Source: Flectonema sp. DT1601 (Eukaryota). From it: 64,000 nt of DNA. A program made the translations under genes and the position numbers. The stretch lies in NCBI GenBank assembly GCA_964019425.1, contig OZ025790.1, positions 620,001 through 684,000 on the forward strand. The letters run 5' to 3'. Below, piece after piece: positions 49,301 through 64,000 of the stretch. The notes under the pieces are model-generated. The model saw nothing but the letters and a program-made list of their open reading frames with translations, searched no databases and was not told where the DNA came from. The stretch's first letter is position 1. Each line of letters begins with the position of its first letter.

Positions 49301-50919
49301 ATAATATTCTGTGAAGGGAAAAATAATATAAAAATGGAGTTAAAAATTAAAAAACAACGCAATGAGTGTTGACGAATCACGCTATCAATCTATAAATGAA
49401 GTTTTTTTTTTTTCTTTCTCAAAAATAAGTTTGTAAAACCAGTGAGTGTGATTTTTTTTTTTTTTTTTTTCCCCTGTTTGTTAGCAGAGCTTCTGAGAAC
49501 GCAGAAAATAGAAGAGCGCTTTAAAGAAAAAATATCACCACTCAGTATGAGCTCTCTGTGTTATATTCATAATCCGAAGTACGTTACTTTTATTAAGCAT
49601 TATTTCACTTATAAACTACCCAAGACTACATCAGCACTTTTGGACGCAGCTAAGAGACTTGTCAAAAAAAAAGATAACCAGAAAACAACCTGAAGAGGGC
49701 AGCAAAAAAAAAAAGAGGACGGAAAAAAAAATGAATAGCACAAAATAATAACAAAAATTTCGGGTTATGGTCAAAATGCCTGGATGTGGAAAGCTATGCG
49801 GAGTTTCCAAAAAAAAAAAAAAAAAAAAAGCTGGTCAAACCTGATAGCCATATTAAAAAACCTCTCAGGAGGTGGAAGCCAAGGAGGAATTGAAGTATGT
49901 TCCACAAAACAAGTTGTTTTCAAACCATCGATTTCGATCACCTCCACGTCTATTGAACAGAAGACATCGTTTTATCCGGAAATTCGGGGACCACATGAAA
50001 TGGGGTGGCACGAAAAAAAGGAAAAATAAAAAAACTTGGTTTGGTTCCCTCTGTTACTCAAAGGGTCAATCAGAAGGTAATCTGTTACTTTTTTCCTGCG
50101 ACACATTCCAATCAGAATAAAAAAAACTTTAATTTCAAAAAAAAAAAAATTAAAAAAAAAATTGTGGGACTCTTTTTTATGCAAAAAGTGCACCACCTGC
50201 TTAAATGGTGTGGAAGGGTATTTTCCTTTTTCCTTTTTTTCTTCTTTTTTTTCTCCAATTCTAATTCTGTTAATTTCAATCGATATTAAAAAAAAATAAA
50301 TAAATAAATAAGATCTCAACGGCCGTTTTCGTCGTCAGAAATGTAAATCTCAAAACAAGAAATGTGAAAAATAATACAACCCAATTATCTTCAGTATCTA
50401 ACTCACTTAGACAGTTAAACCCAAAGTAAAAGGTTTAATCGCGCGTACCTCACAATAAAATCTAATTGGTGGATCACATAAACAAGTCGTAGAGAAGTTT
50501 AGAATCCTGGCCCTGGGTGGCTGATTATCTCATACAGAGTATCAATTACTTTTTAAATACTCCGATCTAACTACAGTCACATGAGTAATCATCTCTCCGT
50601 ATGAATTCTTAGAAATGTAAATAAACAAATCAAATTTATGTGTTGAGTCGGTAGAATTAGTTTTTTTTTTTTTTTTTTCACATCTAAAATTTTCATTTTC
50701 AATAAAAATGCTCTAACTTCGCACACAAAAAAATAATATCTCGAGGGGAGGGAGGGAAATGGACTAGTGGTCTAATTTTGTTGAAAAAGGAAAAAAAAAA
50801 AAAACTTTAGTACCTGAAAATAATAAGTTAAACTAAAACAAAGAATAATGTTTCTGCCTTGCACACCAACAAAAGGGTTCTAAGCAGCAGTTAATCAGTA
50901 GCCTACATTCTTAATTCAT

Positions 50920-51864
50920 TCAAATACCAGAATCAGGAACATACACAACTTTACGAGAGTATTGACAGATCTTATTTTCCACATCACGTATTTGAGTCTC
51001 AAGATCGTCGCGACGCTTTCTTATGGAAGTAGTGTCGTATCGCATTGGTAATCTGTTTTAAGTGTTCCAACAAAAGAGGGAGGGAGGAAATGAGATTACA
51101 TACTTATTAATGTCTGCCATCAAATCTCTCTTTTTGGCTTCAAGTCCTTTTAGAATTCCAGTTTTCTCTTCTTGAGTAAGAGGAGTGCAGCCGGGTGGAT
51201 GCTGTCGTCGTTTTCGCTCCTCTTCTACTGCTCTGTTGAGAATATCTTTCTCGTATTGGAGTTCTGCCTTACGTTGTTCTAAATAAGCAGGTACTTTACC
51301 CAGAGTTGATGTCTTTGTTACACCACCTGTAGAGTTCTTACGAGCAGCACCAGAACCACCTGATGGAGGACCACACATAGAAGTTGCGTTTGTTGGAGCT
51401 ATCGGCTGAGGTGCTACTGGTGGTTGATATTGTTGTTCCACAACCTGCGTTGCTAGTTTTGATTGAGGTGGAGGAGAAGGAGAATAAACCTCATCTTCTC
51501 TGATGGTGTATTGTCTGGCATGCGCTGGTTCCGTTTCTCTGACGAAAACTTGAATTTCACCATTTCTTGGCTCCGCATCAAATGTGGTCTCTTCCATTTG
51601 ATATTCCCTTACAGGAGATATGTTACTTCTTACGGTTGTTGTTGCTGCTGCTGGTAGTGCTGCTCCTCTGGTTGCCGTCGCCGTACCCGTGAGAGATCCC
51701 TTTCTGGAGTACTGCCCGCGAAGCCTTTCCTTCAACTTCGTATCGCGGTCTTTCATTTCCTGATCTCTCTTACGCATCTCTCGATTCAACATCTCTTGCT
51801 CTCGTATCTGCATTCGATTTTGACGTTGATAGTCATTCGTTATGGGGGGTCTGCGGGTAGTCAT
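50920..51864 (-). CDS. Enkurin-domain (flagellar, calmodulin-binding) protein; 2 exons
   Basis: GKVPAYLEQRK...PPGCTPLTQEEKTGILKGL, then after intron 51053-51103 LPMRYDTTSIRKRRDDLETQIRDVENKICQYSRKVVYV. Confidence 0.8.
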
Positions 51865-54800
51865 GTATGTGATGCTGTGGATGATTGTTTTGTGATTACA
51901 TTATATTATTCAATTCCTTTATTAAAAAAACCAAAGACTAGCTCCATAATTTTGGATCGTTTTCTGTGCGAGTGAAATAACTATTAAAAAAAACGACGTG
52001 AGACTCAAATTTTTGTTGAAGTCATTCATTTCTCGACAATTTAGAGCACAGCGTCTCGCAGTGTTCGCCCGGGAGCAATGCGGGCTACTAATTGCTTAGC
52101 AGCTAGCTACTTATTTGTACCGAATTTTGAATTTAGATGAAAGGGGGAGGAGAAGGGAGAAGGGAGGAACAAGTCGAAGGAGGGAGACAAGTGATCAAGA
52201 TATAGAGATATAACTCTGCCTGCTTGAAGAATCAGAAATTAAGACCTTTACTTATTTACTTATTTTCTTTTTTCAATTCTTTTTTTTGTGTAAGTCTCCC
52301 CCAGCGGTCTTTTCGGAAAGTGCGAACGAGACGATGGGCAAACAAAATAAAAAGGGGGAGAGAGAGAGAGATTGAAAAGAAGAAATAAAATATAATAAAA
52401 CAGCCATACAACACCATCAGTTATAATTGTAGTTAGAGATAGGGATGTACCGATATTACCAACAAATCGAAAAACTGTAGCAAAGCAGGAGCCACAAATG
52501 ATAAAGATAAAGAGAACTGCTAAACAGACTCACCTTACTAATAGCCTAAGGCAATACGTTAGGGTATCAAACCGTAACTTACGACTTACGAGTTTTTTGG
52601 GAAGCACGCCCTACGAATACAGTTGAGAAAACTGCTCGCAAGGAGAGCACCACTTTATTTGTCACTCGATGACTAAAAACAAGAGAGAACAATATCAACT
52701 TAAAGAGGAAAAGGGGGGGGGTGGGGTGGGGTGGGGTGGGTGAAAGGATTGTCAAAACAACAAATTTACTAAATACTTTTCTTTTTCTTTTTCTTTTTTT
52801 TTTCTTTTTTCTTTTTTTTTTTTTTTTTTTGCTAATTTTTGATAATAAAAATACAAAAAATCAATAAAATGACCTTTTTGCATTAAATTAACAGGAATTC
52901 GGAAAGTCGAAAAAAAAAAAAAAAAAAAAAAACAAAGGACGCGAAAAGAAACCGAAAAATCTTTTTTTTAAATAAAAAAAAAAAAAATAATTGTTTGCCA
53001 TGGCTATTCCTTAATAACGAAAGCATCTTAGGAGATAGTTAGTCAAACACCAAATAGATTTCCTGAGAACATTAAAAATGACCCAAAAGAAAACGAAGGG
53101 TTGATGCAATGGGGCTACAGATCTTCTGTACGAAGATCCAAAACCTTATCTACTGAATTATTAATTAAATAGCAGGAAGACACCTGCTTACCGCAAGTAA
53201 AGTTATTTTTGGAAATCCAACGTTGTTGCTGCTTCATGAGAACTCTAGCGAGGGTAACTCACAGCGAAAAGTAAGTTATGCAGACAAAAACTAATTTGAC
53301 TGCAAAACAAAAAAAAAATTCATCAGCCAATTCAATGCACTGATTAAATAAAAAAAGCTAATCACCAAGTAGAATAGACACACCTAAAAAAAAAATTATT
53401 GTTTTTTTTTTTTTGGTGATTCATACCTAACATGGTGAAAAAAAAAAAAAAAAAAAAAAAAGTATTATTGTTTTTGAAAATGAAAATAAAAAAAGAAAAA
53501 TTCAAGTGGAAGGAGGAAAAAGCTCTTTGAAGTCTACCGAACGCAGAGAATTCTTCTTTTTTTCAAGAACGGGATGCTGAGAAGTAAATAGAACAGAGCT
53601 AATCACATGGTGCTCAAATCGTTCTCAAAATTAGAAGACGAACTATCGATCGCAATTGTTGACCTGAAGTTCCAAATGTTAGTTTTAAATAATTAAAAAT
53701 AAAATAAAATAAAATAAAATAAAAGGAAAGTTGTTTTGCTCATTGCGAATATTACGCCGCTTTTTGCGGCAATTTAAATTGCGTTGTTTTTTTTTTTTCC
53801 TTTTCTCTTTGTTCTTCAGGAAAGAAGGAAGTACTTGATTCGGACATTATTTGTTTTCGTTCTTTTTATGCAGCTGCTGGTTGGTTATTAAGTTTTTTTT
53901 ATTTGCAAGACCGATGATTTTGGTTTATCAACGTCAGTTATAATTTTATTGTTGTTGTTGTTTTCCCTTTAATTTCAATGATCACCTCAATAGCACGGCT
54001 CAACCTCTTATGAGGAAGGAGGCGACCTTTTCAACACTGAATACGAAGAACTCACTGAGCAGGATGCGATCCTTTAAAGTCTTATCACTCAGTGAGGTCA
54101 GAAGGGAGAATGACATGCCCCTGAACAGGTTTTGTGTCGGGTGATAAATATATAAAATAAATAAATTCATGCTAAAATTGAAAAGATCAGAAGTTCGACC
54201 CTATACACTGAATTACGAAGACAATAATTAAATAACAACAACAGAGTGTTCTCTATTGAAGTTTTTCAAGTCTGTTTTCTCTCAGTGTTTCCTTTCAAAG
54301 AAAAAAAAAAAAAACGACCAGTTTGTGTGATGTTCAAACTTTTGTTTTTTTCTGAGTGTTTTATTTCTTATTCGTTTGAAGAGCGATTGCGAAGAGAATG
54401 ACATCTGAGATTCGAGGCTCTACTTCAATCAGAAGAAAAGCTGATTTTGCTCAAACGCACAAAAAAAGTTGATTTTACTGACACACGAGTATATCAGTAG
54501 TCAGTTGTTTTTTTTCCTTCTTTCCCGTTCTATAAAAAAAAAAGAAGAAAAAAAAAGAAAAAAATAAATAAATCACAAACTGACTATCAAGAAACCACAT
54601 AATTCGTGACAATGAATGAACTGCACGACTGTAAAAAAACAACTTTTTTTTTTTTTCATTTTTCTTTTCCTACTTACTGGGGAGAGGGACAACAAGAATA
54701 AGGGAAAGTGGGTACACCCAACAGTGGAGGATTACCAGAGCCAACTTCTAAAACGATTTTTCATAATCAACAACAACAACAACAACAACACACTAGCTGT

Positions 54801-55811
54801 ACACGACTAGAAAGAAATCGTCAAGACAACAAATAATAATAATAAAGCAGACTCTATCCAGAAGATAAAGGTAATTATCCATCCAGTTATGGGTTTACTC
54901 TAAAGTAAATTAAAAACATGACTGAAATCTACAACAGTATTCAACACCTATCAAGGCATCAGTAAGCAACATATAAAATAATCGAATAAGTGCTCTGAAT
55001 GCGATGACGGAATACTGCTGCAGACACAACAGTAAACATAAAAAGAAAATATTAACCCGGGGAGATAATATAATTAAGTCATGCAGTTATAAAAATTAAA
55101 TAATTAAAAAGATACTGCGACCGGTTTTATCTCCCCCTTGGTTTAAAAAATAAACAAAACCCTAATACTCGCCGGGCCACAAACATAAACTCGGAAAAGA
55201 AATGAAAAGAAAAGTGCATAAAGAGCCAACAAAAAACAATGAATGGAATAAAATGTTTTTCTGCACCTTTTTTTTAACTCGTTGCTAATACATTGTCAGC
55301 ATAATTCCACCGCCTCTTTTTCCACATTGGCTACCAGCGGCAGTGATGGCGACTGCAAAATGTTGGGTGAATATTCAAAAAGTTTTTTTTTTTTTTCCCG
55401 AAAAAGAAAGGAAGAAAAAGCAGGAAATTTTCTTTAAAAAAAAATAAAAGAAAATACGAGGAAACATGGAATGACCACTGCTGAAGGAGATTACCCATCA
55501 ACAGGTGGTCTCCACTAAGAAGTCCCGTAGTCGATGACTTGGGAGTAAATTTCTACTGCGGAGCAAAACAATAATACAGCACCAGGAATTGTTCAAGGGC
55601 TAAGCGTATGCGACAAGCAAGCAAACATAAAGTAGGATAACGTCCACGACCTACACAACAATCCTACTCAACTAGCGCACAGTGAGGTAAGCTCCTTTGT
55701 TGGGAAAATGGGAGTTGGTTGCAATAGAGGGAGTGAAGAAAAACAAAAAAGAAAACAAGGATAAGAAAATATTCTTTTTTCTCCTTCGAAATGCCGTCTG
55801 AAAAAATCAAG

Positions 55812-55844
<33 letters not shown>

Positions 55845-56797
55845 GAAACGACGTGCAAGTCAGGGAAGAATAAAAACGCAAGTTATTTAGAAAAGAGCTT
55901 TAATTAAAGTTAGACAAGATGTTGAATTCCGACCTACAAGTGAATCTACGGACCTGAATAGAGATAACATCAAAACATTTTGTCATTTATCTTGGTCTTC
56001 GATAGAGAAAGAAAATAATTCGTTGCCTGACCAGAATAAATAAAAATAGATTAAAAAAGAAAAGCCCACGTAAAGAATGGAGGGGAAAACAAATACATCA
56101 GCAACGACATACACACAAGTGGAAGCAGACAAGACGGCTCAACGAATTTTCTAAAACCTCAACTCATTACCTTACGAGCGTATCACCGTCGACAACTATA
56201 TTTCTGAGAAATAAATATCTTCGGTGATGTGCCATAACGAAGTATTTTCATTGCGGATTGTTACCTTCCCCCAACACCACCAATCCTAGTCCACAACACC
56301 AGCAGTCACTTTGGTGTGCAAATCATATGCAGTTCAGCAATGCTTGTTTTTATTATTTTCCCTTCTCATCTTTTGCAAAGAGAATACAGCAAATATCCTT
56401 AACGATTGTTTGTTATTAAAAAAAATAATAGTTGTTGGTCACAGATGTGAACAGGTTAGGGGGTGTTATGCGTGAAAAATAAAACACCAGACGCTGTTAT
56501 TCTGATGTAATAATCACGCTAAGAAGAAGACTAGCACTGCGACCAGTGACCAGTCAAATAATAGTTTAGGGAAGATGGGAATAGGGCATTCAAATAATTT
56601 TAAAATAAAACTGAAAGAGTCTACTGGAAATAAAGGTACCGAGATCAGGGGATGGAAAGTGAATGGATATTATAAATTGATAAAGTAACTTAATAATTAT
56701 TTTTTGATCTTTTTTCCCCCCTAAATATCGTCATCATGATATATTTAAAAAGGGGAATTTTAAAAAAAGCGTCCCAATGTTGATATTGTTATCGGAT

Positions 56798-59700
56798 TTA
56801 ATCTTTCTTCGTGAGACCGAAGACACCATCCCAGTATTGGTTCTTAACTTCTGGAAGTGGTGATCTTGGGCGATCAAATCCTCCCTGAGTTAGGGTACCG
56901 TACGCTGTTGAAAACAAAACGCCGTGAGCTCTGTTCTCCAACTGTGTTCTTGAACTATCTTCGTTGTAGAAGTTTGTGTAGAATTCACTCTCAACAGTCG
57001 AAACGTTATCCTTGTGTGTGTCTACGAACCCAACATCACTTCCTTCACCACCAATGATTTCATTCCTATCAGCTGTGTGGTCATCCCGACTGATATCAAT
57101 CATTCGATCCCAACAATCGACATCAAATAATTTATATGTCGAACTCTTTAAGTCAACGTAATTGTTATCAACTAGTTGTCCATCTCTTTGAAGAATTGAT
57201 AAAACGATTCCTGTGAGTTGTTGAAATTATTAATTCCAATTAATGAAAAAAATGGAATTCGAAAAAGGATCCTAACCTACCAAACAAAGACATACCTGCG
57301 TTATTGTTAACCAGAACATCAGCACCATTGCCTCCATTGATAATGTCACAAAGAGGTCCACTCTTTGGTTCATCGTGATTGAAGCTGTCGGAACTCTCGT
57401 GATTTTCTCTACTGTGGTGAGAGTAACGTTTTTTGCGTTCATTCCAATCGTGATCATCATCGTCATGATGGTGTTCGTCGTCATGGCGATGCCACCAGCT
57501 GGTGTACTCATGGTGGTGACCTGTTTTTAATTTATTTCAAAACTCAACACGGATACAAAACTATTTGTTAAAAATAACATCTCACATCAGTTCCTTTTTC
57601 AACCTCTCCCCACCCTTCCACCCTCCCTCTTGTGATTGGATTACTTCACACAAAAAGTTAATAAAAACATACCCTTATCATTGTACAAAACAAGGTTGCT
57701 GTATGGGTGTAGACCCTCGTCTCTGCCCTTCAACAACCCAAGCTTCTTCGCCGGGTTGAGTGCACGTTCCTTGATAGTGTCTTGAATATTAGTCATGTAC
57801 ATATCTTGGACTACATCAATGTGTTGGAAGTCGTGTTCTGTAGTTGGGTCAGCATGTGCTCCCGCAAAAGTATTGACGAACAAGATTCCGTAGTCTCCGA
57901 TCACCACGTCGTCTCCGGCGTTTCCATTAAGCTCGTCGGATCCCCACTTCGTAAGCGGAAGGGCGTTCCATCTCTCGTTCGAACGATGTCCAAGCTCGTG
58001 GATGGCAAGAGCGTGTGAAGGAGAAAACACGTCAACGTGGCGCTTGAACTTGTACTCCAAGTCGTTGAACAGCTGAGTGAAGGTGTGCTTGTCGTGGTTG
58101 TCACTCGGGTAGTAGTGGTCAAATTGATCATTGTGGTCATCTTGGTTAGCGTCGTCGTGGTGGTCGCTGTTTGGATCGTGATCCCTGTACTCAACCCACA
58201 CCCATCTCCAACCGTTCCAGTGGTAGTGTCCTGTGTGTTCGTGTTGCCAATCTCCGTGGTGATCGTGTGCAGGAGGATTCTTTGTCAGGGTCTTCGAAAC
58301 TAACACCAAACCATCACCAACCAGAACATCGTTTCCGTTGTTTCCGCGTATCACATCATTCGACATCGAGAGCTCCACCGCAGGTGCGGCAACCCCGACA
58401 TCGCTGTTAGCAACCAACGCCTCAACAATCGCGTGGTGGGCTTCGAATACTGCGTGTGCAGCGTCCGCCGCCAACACCGAGTAGTCGTACAAGACGTGCA
58501 TCATACCCTTCACAACGATTTCCAAGTCATCCTCAACAATTTCATCGTGGAAGATTACGTCTACGAACGACTGCATGTTGTCTCCAACCAGCAAATCGTT
58601 TCCATTTCCTCCGTTTACCACATCGTTTCCGATCACTACCTCCGCTGGAAGCGCGTATGTTCCTTGGTCCGACTCGTAGGTACGCAAGTCAGTAGTCGCT
58701 CGGAGGAGGCGGTTTTGCAACTCAATCCAGCGCGCACCAGCTGAGTCGTGAATGCAGTCCAAAGCACCGATTCTTAGGTTCATCATCGCATGGTGTGTCG
58801 CACTGTCTCCAACCACGATGTCGTTTCCGTCACCCCCGTTCAACACGTCGTTTCCGTACAACGCCCTCTGGTTACGCACCGCGTCTGGGATCATCGACAC
58901 GTATCCCCTCATCGTGTGTGACTGGTCGTCCGTGCGCCTCACATCTGCTACCCCGACTGCCTCGTGCAGTTTCTCCAACGCAGTCGGCAACACGGTAGCC
59001 ATTGCCGCCCCCTCGATGATTTGCATAGCCGCCGCACGGTTCGAAGACTCCGGCTTCAACGCGATTCCAACGTGCATCACCGTTCCGAATTCATCGACTT
59101 CCAGAGGAGGCGAGTTCGCCGCACTGTCCTCCACCGACAGCACTCGAATCACGTTCGACACCAGAGGCATGTCGGAGTCGTAGTGGTACACCGAAGACAC
59201 ATCGTCTCCGTACAGCAAGTCGTTTCCTCCCTCTCCCGACAGCACGTCGTCTCCACGCTGTCCGAACAGATAGTCGTCGCCGTCTCCACCGTTCAGCGTG
59301 TCGTGGCCGGCAGGCTTCAACCTCATGCCCGCAATCGCCGTCTCCCACTCACCGCTTGGAGCCGTCGCCTTCACCTTCTGCGATTCGAATGCGCCCATCG
59401 ACACCAGCAGCTCGTTCCTGAAGAAGGTTGCGGCTTCGTCAGCTGTGAACGTGCTACTCTCCCACGTTGGCAGCCATCCGGTCACCGTCACCGGCTCTTC
59501 GAGAACAACGTCACGGTGCCAGGCACCTGTCCTTTCGTTCAAACGCGGGCTTCCGCCGCTCCTCAACGATCGCACCACGTGCCCGACATCTCCGATCAGC
59601 ACGTCCCGTCCTTCCCCGCCGTGCAGAACGTCGTCCCCGAGTTCACCGAACAGCTCGTCGTCTCCCTCCTGTCCGTGCAACGTGTCGTCTCCACGCTGAC

Positions 59701-62700
59701 CGTGCAAGATGTCATTACCTGCTCCACCATCGATGCTGTCATTCCCAGACACCTCGTCGACGTCATCGAACCTCTGGATAGTCCGCACCACGTCTGCGAA
59801 CATTGCCGATCCAGGGTACCGCTCCCACACCTTCTCGTGGTCGAATGGAGCTCCGTTCTCCATCGTTAACACAGTCCTGCTGATTACACCGTTGTCACCC
59901 AGCACCACGTCTGATCCCTCTTCTCCGAAGATCGTGTCGTCGCTGTCCACTCCTCCCAGCACGTTGTGCCCCCCAGTGATGTCATCGTCGCCGTCCCCAC
60001 CGTTGATCGTGTCCTTTCCTTGCTGTCCCATCAGGAAGTCATCCCCCTCCCCTCCGTTAATCGTGTCGTCTCCGGCACCGACATCCGACGACGTGAACAA
60101 CGACAAGTACGTCGACCCACCACCCTCGAAGGCTGCGTGGTCACCCATCACCACATCCGAACCGGCGTTCCCGTTGAGCACGTCGTTTCCGGTTCCTCCG
60201 AATACGTAGTCGTCACCTGACCCTCCGTTGATCACATCCGACGCACCAGCCAGTGGATCGATCGTTTCCGCGGACACCACCTTCAGTGTCGCTGCATTCA
60301 CCTTTGCGACAACCTGATCTCCCCACAACATATCCTGGCCATCCTCTCCGTCCAACGTGTCAGATCCTTGTTGCCCCGCCAAAAGATCATTACCAGCGCC
60401 TCCCTTTAAGTGATCCGCTCCACCATTCACGTCGTCTCCTGTCGACACCGATGTAAAGGTGAGCAGCTCGGTGGACCTTTCGAAGACCGCGAAGTCACCG
60501 AACGCGACGTCGTGACCTGCTTCTCCCTCCAACACGTCGTCACCTTTTCCTCCGAACATCACGTCGTTGTCATCGCCACCGAACATCGTGTCCGCACCAC
60601 CGGTCCCCTGCGACATTGGTTCCGCATGCGATACCAGTCCGGTGTTTCCCTGCTGCGTCTCGATCGACATGTGGTCTCCGAACATCCAGTCGTCTCCGGG
60701 GTTCCCCTTCAAGTTGTCTCCCCCGTTCCCGCCGACGATCACATCGCTGCCGGCCCCACCGGAAACCTCGTCCGCGCCTCCTCCGTACTGGTCCTCTGTA
60801 AACACCGATTCCAACGTCACGCTGCCATCCGCCACAGCGGTGCCCCACCTCAGCTCCAAGTAGTCACCGAACAACACGTCGTTACCGACACCGCCTGCCA
60901 ACTCGTCGTCTCCAGCCCCTCCGACCAGCACGTCCGCGCCGTCGTCTCCGTGAAGCTCATCTCCGCCACCCATCCCTGGATCTGTGGACACCGCGTGCAC
61001 GTTGTTTCCATCGTGTGGAATTGTTATCTCTGCGAAGTCACCAAAGATCCAATCATCTCCTGCGTTTCCGTGCATGACGTCCGCCGCTGCACCACCAAAG
61101 AGAACGTCGTCGCCTTCATCACCGTTCAGGGTGTCCGCTCCTCCGGCCTGGTCATCTCCCGGGAACGCTGTTTTCATAGTCACATCTCCCTCCTTCGACT
61201 TGGTGTACTCTGCGTGGTCTCCGAACACGAAGTCCCTTCCGGAATTTCCGCTTACTTCATCCGCAGCCGCACCACCGATGACCACGTCGTCCCCCTCGTT
61301 TCCAGAAATCGTATCCCCTCCCCCGAGGGTCGCCTCCGTCGATTTCATCGTCACTCCCCCATCGACGATGTCCACCGAACCATGGTCCCCGAGGATCTTG
61401 TCGTCACCCGCACCACCAACGATGTCGTCTCCGCCTGCCCCTCCGAAGATGATGTCATCTCCATCCGATCCGGCAACCGTGTCGGCATCTCCGTTGCTTC
61501 CAGGGGTCTTGAAGACCGTGCGCATGTGGCGGTCTTCCGGACTTGTGTACGACCGCTTGATCTCTCCGCAGTCTCCGAACACCACATCATTACCTTCCCC
61601 ACCGTCGATGACGTCCCTGTCCGCACCTCCGAACACGGAATCGTCACCGGCTCCAGCGACAATCGTGTCGTTTCCACCGCTCACCGCCTGCTCCAGACAC
61701 TTCAGCGTGTGCTCGTCCTTCTTGATCGACAACAGCACGTCTCCGTGATCCCCGAACACCACGTCGTTTCCGCTCGACGCGTCGATGTGGTCAGCACCCT
61801 GTCCACCGATGATGAAGTCATCGCCTTCGTCACCGTTCAGTTTGTCGTCTCCTCCACAACCAGACTCGGTGTGCGTCGAGTGCAACACACGCTCGTCTTT
61901 CTTTGACTCATACAGACCGTGGTCCCCGACAATCACATCTGCCCCACCGTTTCCATCGATCACATCTCCTCCAGCACCTCCGAACACGTAATCGTCTCCA
62001 GCTCCCGCCGTGATTGTATCGTCGCCACCACTACACGACCCGAGTGTGATGAGTTTCGTAAGCTCCGCGCTCGGCGTCCACGCAACCTCCCCGAGGTCTC
62101 CGAAGATGTAGTCGTTCCCGCCCTCGCCGTCGACTTCGTCGTCTCCCTCACCCGCAACTACCACGTCGTCCCCTTCGCCAGCGAAGATCTTGTCCGCCGC
62201 ACCGGCATCCGATGTCGCCGGACCTGCCGATCCCTTCACGGTGAAGTCACCTGGATTAGTCGTCTCGTATTTCCCGTAGTCTCCGATGATGACGTCCCCA
62301 CCGGCCCCTCCGTGGACCACGTCACCGCCTGCCCCAGCGAGTATCTTGTCGTCGCCTAGTCCACCGTCGATGACGTCGCTTCCCCCGCCCACCTGGTTTG
62401 CGTTGCGCAACCTCACCCAGTGTGACGATGGGTTCAAATGCACCTCTCCAGCGTCTCCGAACACGAAGTCATCTCCGTCTCCTCCATTGATGGTGTCCTC
62501 ACCACCACCTCCCAACAAGATGTCGTTCTCTTCGTCTCCGTTCAAGTGATCATCCTCCCCATCCGCCGCGTCACCAGTCGTGACGAGGTGGGTCAGCCCA
62601 GTCAGAGGCGTGCGAGTCATGATCCCGATGTCACCGAATACCACGTCCAACCCAGCGTTTCCGCTGATCGAGTCCGCGCCCCGTCCTCCGAATAGGATGT

Positions 62701-64000
62701 CGTCCCCCGCGCTTCCGTGGATGGTGTCATCCCCGCTCCCGGCAGTGGCCTCGCCGTCGAAGACCGTTTGCAAAACCAAGTCACCCGGCTGTGTAAACAT
62801 CTTCCTCACGCGTCCAAAGTCACCGAAGATGAAGTCGACTCCATCCTCCCCATCGATTACATCGTTGGCCGATCCTCCGAACACGATGTCGTCTCCGCCA
62901 CCAGTCAGAATCTCGTCATTCCCGCCATCCGCCAGCGCAGGCGCAGTCGACTCGTACACCAACGAATCGGCCTCCTTCGAGATTACCACCGATCCGTGGT
63001 CTCCAAACACCGAATCGTCTCCTCCGCGCGTGCGGATGACGTCGTTGCTCTGACCCCCGAACACGTAGTCCTTCCCGTCCTGCACGTCTATTGTGTCACT
63101 TCCACCCTCCCCGCCCTCCGTGAAGATCGAGGTCATGTTGAACTCATCGCTGGCATTGCGCTGCACGAATCCGTGGTCTCCGAACACCACGTTGTTCCCG
63201 TTGCTTCCATCGATGGTGTCGTTCCCGTATCCTCCGAAGACGATGTCGTCCGCGTCTCCTGCCGAGATGGTGTCCGCTCCGCCAGACAACGGAGCCAAGG
63301 ATTCCAACGTGTAGGTCCCGTTCTCGTGGTCGCGTACGTGACCGTGGTCCCCAAAGATCCAGTCACTTCCCTCGGCAACCGTGATCACGTCGTCTCCCTG
63401 ACCTCCCATGATGATGTGCCGGCCGTACGAACCCGTGATCGTGTCAGCTCCTCCCTCGCCATCGGAATCGGTGAAAGTCGACTTCACGTAGAGTCCTCCC
63501 ACGTCGGGGTTGCTGCTGTCGTGCGTCGTCCGGTACACCTCTCCATGGTCCCCAAGCAAGATGTCTTCGCCGCTGCTACCGACCACCTCGTCGTCACCGA
63601 ACCCACCAATGATCACGTCGGTCTCCGACTCTCCGTACAGGTGGTCATTTCCTCCCGACAAGCTCGCAGTCGAACGGAGCGACCACGTGTCCGAAGTTGC
63701 TGGGTCGTCGCTGATGTCAATCTCACCCTGGTCACCGATGATGAAGTCCTTTCCGTCCCCTCCGTGCACCGTGTCCCCTCCTTGACCACCGATTATGATG
63801 TCGTCTCCCACCGATCCGCTGAGGACGTCGTCGCCCCCCTCTCCCGCGTCCCCAGTGTGCAGCGACTCGAATTTTCTCCATCCCCCAACCGCCGACCATT
63901 TGATCTGGTACCGACCATGGTCACCGAAGATCACGTCGTTGTGTTTTTCTCCCTTGATCGAATCCTTCCCAGTCCCTCCGAAAACCACGTCGTCTTCGTC
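56798..64000 (-). CDS. Giant RTX/hemolysin-type Ca-binding repeat protein (5' end beyond window); last 3 exons
   Basis: More than 2100 aa of GGxGxDxL/I nonapeptides and DxxFGDHG modules. GTATGT...ACAG introns at 57521-57672 and about 57211-57296 join in frame to ORF 56798-57103. Confidence 0.9.

Noticed and set aside
52713..52740. G-rich tract (GGGGT)n, potential G-quadruplex
   Set aside because: Simple repeat with no supporting context.
51900..56790. Possible ncRNA or snoRNA genes in the 5-kb intergenic region (hairpins near 53120, 53755 and 54051-54097)
   Set aside because: Isolated short inverted repeats; no tRNA, snRNA, SL-RNA or convincing C/D box pair recognised.

Overview
Eukaryotic nuclear DNA, most consistent with a euglenozoan such as a diplonemid. 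The basis is a fused DHFR-TS, a cruzipain-type cathepsin L with C-terminal extension, a trypanosome-like uS8m, about 22 genes all on the minus strand, and short GT-AG introns. Housekeeping or hypothetical genes fill 1-28.7 kb and 38-52 kb, and a giant GC-rich RTX-repeat gene runs off the right edge. The key region is a tandem cathepsin L locus (29.3-37.7 kb) hit at the same nucleotide, in the codons for GCNGGL (GG(C/T)TGCAATGGAGGGTTAA), by two kinds of element. (i) An 892-bp non-coding, highly structured element with a 20-bp target-site duplication. (ii) Two head-to-tail, now broken copies of an APE-type non-LTR retrotransposon. This element starts with an HDV-like self-cleaving ribozyme exactly at the target junction and ends in three novel Cys/His repeats plus a PIP-box-like tail. 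It looks like a sequence-specific retrotransposon family, with a non-autonomous RNA partner, that targets a multicopy protein-coding gene rather than rRNA, snRNA or SL-RNA genes. Other points of interest: a codon-usage anomaly around the target, templated micro-insertions of element sequence, and an isolated 18S rRNA fragment at about 10.6 kb. All structures and alignments were read by eye.
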